Below are positions 59,957 through 64,000 of a stretch of DNA of 64,000 bases, piece after piece (position 1 is the first letter of the stretch; each line of letters begins with the position of its first letter). The translations under genes and the position numbers were made by a program. The notes below the pieces were generated by a model. The model was given only the letters and a program-made list of their open reading frames with translations, was not told where the DNA came from and searched no databases. This DNA comes from Candidatus Woesebacteria bacterium (GTDB lineage Bacteria > Patescibacteriota > Microgenomatia > UBA1400 > PJMF01), in contig JASFHL010000005.1 of the NCBI GenBank assembly GCA_050123235.1, positions 30,695 through 94,694 on the forward strand, given 5' to 3'.

Positions 59957-61777
59957 ATGAAGGATTATCAACTTATCTCTGTTAAAACTAAAAAAGTAGT
60001 CAAAGAAACTGATAGCGTGACTACTGATCCTAAAACCGGTAGCCCGCTGGAAGTAGCTTATGACTATAGCAAAATTAAAAAACTTTTTAATTCTTATATT
60101 TACAAAAATGCTCCAATTAGTGCTAGCAAGTATTTGGATCTTTATCCAATCCATGACTATAACAACATTGTTTCTTTGCAAGAAGGAGCCACTCCTTTGT
60201 ATGAGAGCCAAAAACTACGCCAAGAGTTTGGCTTGAGCAAATTATATTTTAAATATGAAGGAGCTAATCCTACTGGTTCATTTAAAGATCGTGGCAGTAT
60301 GGTAGAAGTTACTAAGGCTATTGAACTTGGAGCTAAGGGCGTAACTCTTGCTTCCACTGGGAATATGGCCGCTTCTGTAGCTGCTTATACTGCTAAGGCA
60401 GGTATTGATTGCTATATTTTTGTGCCAGAAGGCACTCCAGCAGGAAAATTAGCTCAAGCTTTATCTTGTGGTGCCAAAGTGATTCAAGTCCGAGCTGATT
60501 ACAGTACAGCTGCCAAACTAGCTGAAAAGGTCGCCAAAAAATATGGTTTTTACTTAGCAGGAGATTATTGCTTTAGACAAGAAGGTCAGAAATCTATTGC
60601 CTATGAAATCATAGAACAACGTCTATTCAAAGTTCCAGATTATATTTTAGTCCCAGTGGGTGTGGGCACTAATATGGCAGCCATTTGGAAAGGATTTAAA
60701 GAATACTATAAATTAGGCTTGATTGATGAACTTCCCCAGATGATTGCTGTTCAAGCAGAAGGTGCTTCCCCAATTATTAAGTCTTTTAATTTGAATCTTA
60801 GAAAATATGCCGTAGTAGACAAGGTAGAAACAGTTTCATCAGCCATTGCGGTAGGAAATCCATTGGATGCTGTTAAAGTAATGAAGCTACTCAAAGAATC
60901 CAAAGGCTTTGCTGTAGCTGTTAGTGATGAAGATACTTTAGAATACCAACATCAACTAGCCAAACAGGAATCAATTTTTGTAGAACCATCTAGCGCTACT
61001 ACTCTAGCAGCCTTAGCAAAATTAAAAAAACTTAAAAAGCTAAAAAAAGATGCTAGCTATATTTGTGTTCTCACCGGAGCAGGTTTGAAAGACCCAGCTG
61101 CTGCTTTAAAAATTCTAGCAGAACCACCCACCATAGAGCCTGATCTCAAAGAAGTTGATAAGATTTTATCTTCTAATATTTTGGATGTGCGCTCATATGG
61201 TGCTAAAAAAAGAGAAGAGATTGTTTTCAAGAAACTGCCAACTAGCTCTCAACTAAAGAAGTTTACCAAAGAAAAATTTGATCTTTCTTTGAGTAAAGAC
61301 TATTTTGAAGAAGTTTATAGACAGGTAAAAAATTTCTTTAAAAAAGGTAAAAAGATTAATCGCGCTGATCTGCAGTACATTATAGAAAATACCATTCAAA
61401 CTTATATCCCAGATGAAAAGAAAGTGCTTAAAGTTCTTGATTTTGAAATTACCACTAAGTATGCTCAACCACCTTTAGCAAAAATGACTGTAGAGGTAAA
61501 AAAGAAAAAAATACAAACCAAAGCCAAAGGAGTAGGTCCAGTGGATGCTGCTATTAATGCTTTACTTAAAGCCTGTCAAGAAAATGGTAAAAAGAAAGTT
61601 AAACTAACCGATTACAAGGTAGAAATTAACACTACTGGTACTGATGCAGCAGTGGATGTAGAAATGAAATTAGAAGATTCTAACAATCAAGTGGTAGGAC
61701 AGGGCACTTCACCTGATATTATCCAAGCATCGATTGCAGCCTTTGTGAGTGGTTATAATATGCTTTATTTGAAGTAG
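59957..61777 (+). CDS. thrC: Threonine synthase-like PLP enzyme fused to a LeuA/CimA-type allosteric domain
   Basis: EGANPTGSFKDRG, ASTGN, EGQKS, EPSSA, LTGAGLKD; C-terminal GVGPVDAAINAL...DIIQAS. Confidence 0.88.
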   Translation: MKDYQLISVKTKKVVKETDSVTTDPKTGSPLEVAYDYSKIKKLFNSYIYKNAPISASKYLDLYPIHDYNNIVSLQEGATPLYESQKLRQEFGLSKLYFKYEGANPTGSFKDRGSMVEVTKAIELGAKGVTLASTGNMAASVAAYTAKAGIDCYIFVPEGTPAGKLAQALSCGAKVIQVRADYSTAAKLAEKVAKKYGFYLAGDYCFRQEGQKSIAYEIIEQRLFKVPDYILVPVGVGTNMAAIWKGFKEYYKLGLIDELPQMIAVQAEGASPIIKSFNLNLRKYAVVDKVETVSSAIAVGNPLDAVKVMKLLKESKGFAVAVSDEDTLEYQHQLAKQESIFVEPSSATTLAALAKLKKLKKLKKDASYICVLTGAGLKDPAAALKILAEPPTIEPDLKEVDKILSSNILDVRSYGAKKREEIVFKKLPTSSQLKKFTKEKFDLSLSKDYFEEVYRQVKNFFKKGKKINRADLQYIIENTIQTYIPDEKKVLKVLDFEITTKYAQPPLAKMTVEVKKKKIQTKAKGVGPVDAAINALLKACQENGKKKVKLTDYKVEINTTGTDAAVDVEMKLEDSNNQVVGQGTSPDIIQASIAAFVSGYNMLYLK

Positions 61778-61815
61778 TAATTTCTTAAAGCAAGGCTCTC
61801 AAATCATAGAAATTT

Positions 61816-62367
61816 ATGTTTTGCGAACGCTTAGATCAACTTAGTCACATCCCGTTTATTGCTGATGGGGCCAGTTCACCTCTAGTAGTCCTTTTATTAA
61901 AGACAGAGTTTACTAAAGCAGTAGAGCTTGCTCTACAAATTGAAGCAATTATTACTGATATTTTGGAAAATCTAGATTTAGAAGTTTCAGGTTTTAGTGC
62001 TGATACTCCATCTGAAGCAAGAGAATTACTTAGTCTTGAAAAACTTGCTGCTGCGCTAAAAGACGTTACTAAGTGGCAAGACTGTCCCTTTGAAACTGAT
62101 GGTATACGTGGGGAATACTTGGATGGTCAATACTTAGGCTATCTTTATTTGAATTCAGCTAGAGCTTTTTTGACTCTGCGAAACTACCGTAATCATTGGC
62201 AAAGTGATGATAATGAAATCATTATTAGTTATCTTGCTTATTCATTTCCCAATTTTTTAGCTGAAAAAGTAGATCCAGATAGAATGCTGAGAAATTTATA
62301 TATTGAGTTTGCTTATCAAGGAGAAGTTTATACAGCTGTTTGCTATCAAGCAGGACTTAATTTTTAA
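61816..62367 (+). CDS. Hypothetical protein
   Basis: 183-aa ATG ORF; no motif recognised. Confidence 0.6.
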   Translation: MFCERLDQLSHIPFIADGASSPLVVLLLKTEFTKAVELALQIEAIITDILENLDLEVSGFSADTPSEARELLSLEKLAAALKDVTKWQDCPFETDGIRGEYLDGQYLGYLYLNSARAFLTLRNYRNHWQSDDNEIIISYLAYSFPNFLAEKVDPDRMLRNLYIEFAYQGEVYTAVCYQAGLNF

Positions 62368-62392
62368 TGGTCTCTTGATTTTACAGAAGAAA

Positions 62393-62695
62393 TCATTTTT
62401 CTGGTTTTAAATCCAGTTTTTCAAACCAACCTTTCCTATAAATAATAGCTATCACTGCATAGACAGCTACGTCCAACCAAGTATCATCAATTGATTCATT
62501 TTTAGGTTCTGTCTTTTTGTTCAATAAATTTTTCAAACGATTAACTTTATCGTTGACCCTAAAAAGTATGCCTAACTCAGCAGTGTCTAGGATATTGCCT
62601 TTGCCATAATCTTTATTTTTTTTAATAAAAGTAGCCAACATTTCTTTGAGAACCTTTTCAAAAGCTTCATCTAAATATTGAGGCTGTTTAGGCAT
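62393..62695 (-). CDS. DUF1599-like protein
   Basis: KKNKDYG, RVNDKVNRL, ESIDDTWLDVAVYA. Confidence 0.8.
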   Translation of the reverse strand: MPKQPQYLDEAFEKVLKEMLATFIKKNKDYGKGNILDTAELGILFRVNDKVNRLKNLLNKKTEPKNESIDDTWLDVAVYAVIAIIYRKGWFEKLDLKPEK

Positions 62696-62713
62696 TGTTT
62701 ATCCTTTCTATTA

Positions 62714-63058
62714 TTAACACTTACAAGGACGACTTTTATTATTGACTATTTTTAATAATTTCACAACTTCCGTATCATTGATTTCTTGCAGAGAATGAAA
62801 TTTGAGGTGTCTCATTATTTTGCCATTACCTTTAAAAAGAGACATTTCTTTTTTTGATAAGCTTTTGACAGCTACTCCCAAATTTACAGAATCTCTGAGT
62901 CCGACTAAATAAAATTTATCTTGATACCAAGGCACTCCTAGTTTAAAACCTTCTTTAAGCTTAGGAAAAGTTTGCGAAATAATTTTTCTTAATTTTTTTA
63001 AGATTTCTTTTTGTGGGGAAGGTTGTTCGTTGATGTATTTACTGACAGTTTTATCCAT
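62714..63058 (-). CDS. DUF1801 (YdhG-like) protein
   Basis: V..YI, LRKII, E.FK.GVPWY, G.GK.MRHLK. Confidence 0.8.
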   Translation of the reverse strand: MDKTVSKYINEQPSPQKEILKKLRKIISQTFPKLKEGFKLGVPWYQDKFYLVGLRDSVNLGVAVKSLSKKEMSLFKGNGKIMRHLKFHSLQEINDTEVVKLLKIVNNKSRPCKC

Positions 63059-63193
63059 CTTTTTAATAAAACTTTAGCATAGTAAACTGCTTTATATCAA
63101 TTAGCACTTCCGGCTGCTGGCTTTGTTAGCTACTATTTAATATATATTAATATTGTAAAATTAATTTTATTAGTTATAAGCTAATTAAAAATT

Positions 63194-64000
63194 ATGGGAT
63201 CGCATAAAAAAAATTCTCTTCCGTTAATATCAGTTATTATTTGTACTAAAATTAGAGCCAATAAAATAGCTGGCTGTATTGCGAGTTTGATTAATAATTC
63301 ATTTAAAGATTTTGAATTAATCGTGCTAGATCAGAGCCCTGATTATAAAACCAAGAAGCTTGTTAAAAAGTTTAAGAATGTTAGTTATTTTCGTATAAAC
63401 AAGAGAGCTTTAAGTTTTGCTAGAAATTTTGGAATCAAGAAAGCCAAAGCTGAGATCGTCGCTTTTATTGATGATGACTGTTTAGCAGATAGAAATTGGT
63501 TAAAAAGAATTTATTATAGCTTTTCTAATTATCCAGAGGTAGTTGGGATATATGGCAAAACTATTCCCTATAAATCAGAACAAGATAAAAATTTATTTTA
63601 TCCTCGTTGTTTTAGCCTTAGTAAATTAAAGGAAGTTCTTATTTCTAAACCAGCTAAGCATTGGGACAGTATTGGTTATGGTAATAATATGGCATTTAGA
63701 AAGGAAATATTTAATATCTTAGGTTATTTTAAAACTTGGCTGGGCCCTGGATCGATTGGACTTAGTGCTGAAGATGTAGAATTTGCATTAAGGGCTCTAA
63801 TAAATCAAAAAAAATTACTTTATCAATCAAAAATGCTAGTACTTAATAAGCAGTGCTTAAGAAAAAAAGAGAGAAAGAAAGCAGAACTTACTTATTTATG
63901 TGGTGAAGTTGCTTGTTATGGATATTTATCATTTAAAAAAAATTGTCCTTTTGCTAGGAGAGTGATTAGAAAAAACATTTATCTAACATTTTTTTCTGAA
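63194..64000 (+). CDS. GT2 family glycosyltransferase (runs off the window end)
   Basis: Manual translation MGSHKKNSLPLISVIICT..FELIVLDQ..ARNFGI..IVAFIDDDC..GNNMAFR..AED. Confidence 0.9.
   Translation, partial: MGSHKKNSLPLISVIICTKIRANKIAGCIASLINNSFKDFELIVLDQSPDYKTKKLVKKFKNVSYFRINKRALSFARNFGIKKAKAEIVAFIDDDCLADRNWLKRIYYSFSNYPEVVGIYGKTIPYKSEQDKNLFYPRCFSLSKLKEVLISKPAKHWDSIGYGNNMAFRKEIFNILGYFKTWLGPGSIGLSAEDVEFALRALINQKKLLYQSKMLVLNKQCLRKKERKKAELTYLCGEVACYGYLSFKKNCPFARRVIRKNIYLTFFSE

Noticed and set aside
248-61468. Many short antisense or out-of-frame ORFs in the ORF track (e.g. 3310-3597, 16107-16442, 30520-30762, 52589-52957)
   Set aside because: They overlap well-supported genes and lack motifs; treated as shadow ORFs.
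33174-63087. Weaker matches to the 17-bp site near 33174, 39482 and 63071
   Set aside because: About 11/17 identity or gapped, which is expected by chance in AT-rich intergenic DNA.
1-64000. Alternative genetic code (UGA=Gly, code 25)
   Set aside because: Conserved genes are intact under code 11, and several end at TGA at their expected position or in ATGA overlaps (rplN, leuC).

Overview
Low-GC bacterial chromosome segment using genetic code 11. It most likely comes from a Patescibacteria/CPR (Microgenomates-like) genome. This is an inference from the missing rpmD/uL30, the long Lys-rich ribosomal-protein tails and the gene content. 1-23.5 kb: 3' part of rpoC, then the str, S10, spc and alpha ribosomal-protein clusters through rplM-rpsI. 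23.5-47.3 kb: accessory region with an ABC-2 module, HU, VanZ, a lamin-tail protein, tRNA-Ser(GCT), Fic, an HhH/C39-like peptidase, a DUF134 pair, metabolic genes, a 1715-aa thioester alpha-2-macroglobulin and a truncated queH. 47.3-61.8 kb: leu and ilv branched-chain amino-acid operons, each with a leader-peptide attenuator. Best leads: (1) an alpha-2-macroglobulin whose bait region is occupied by a Hint/BIL self-cleaving domain; (2) two colinear 156-nt palindromic elements with compensatory base changes, plus solo copies of their 17-bp terminal site, two of which flank the ABC module as direct repeats; (3) a regulated BCAA pathway in an apparent CPR genome, including a ThrC-LeuA/CimA regulatory-domain fusion and a coupled double-terminator attenuator. 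All assignments come from reading motifs by eye. No database search or folding program was run, so novelty is unverified.
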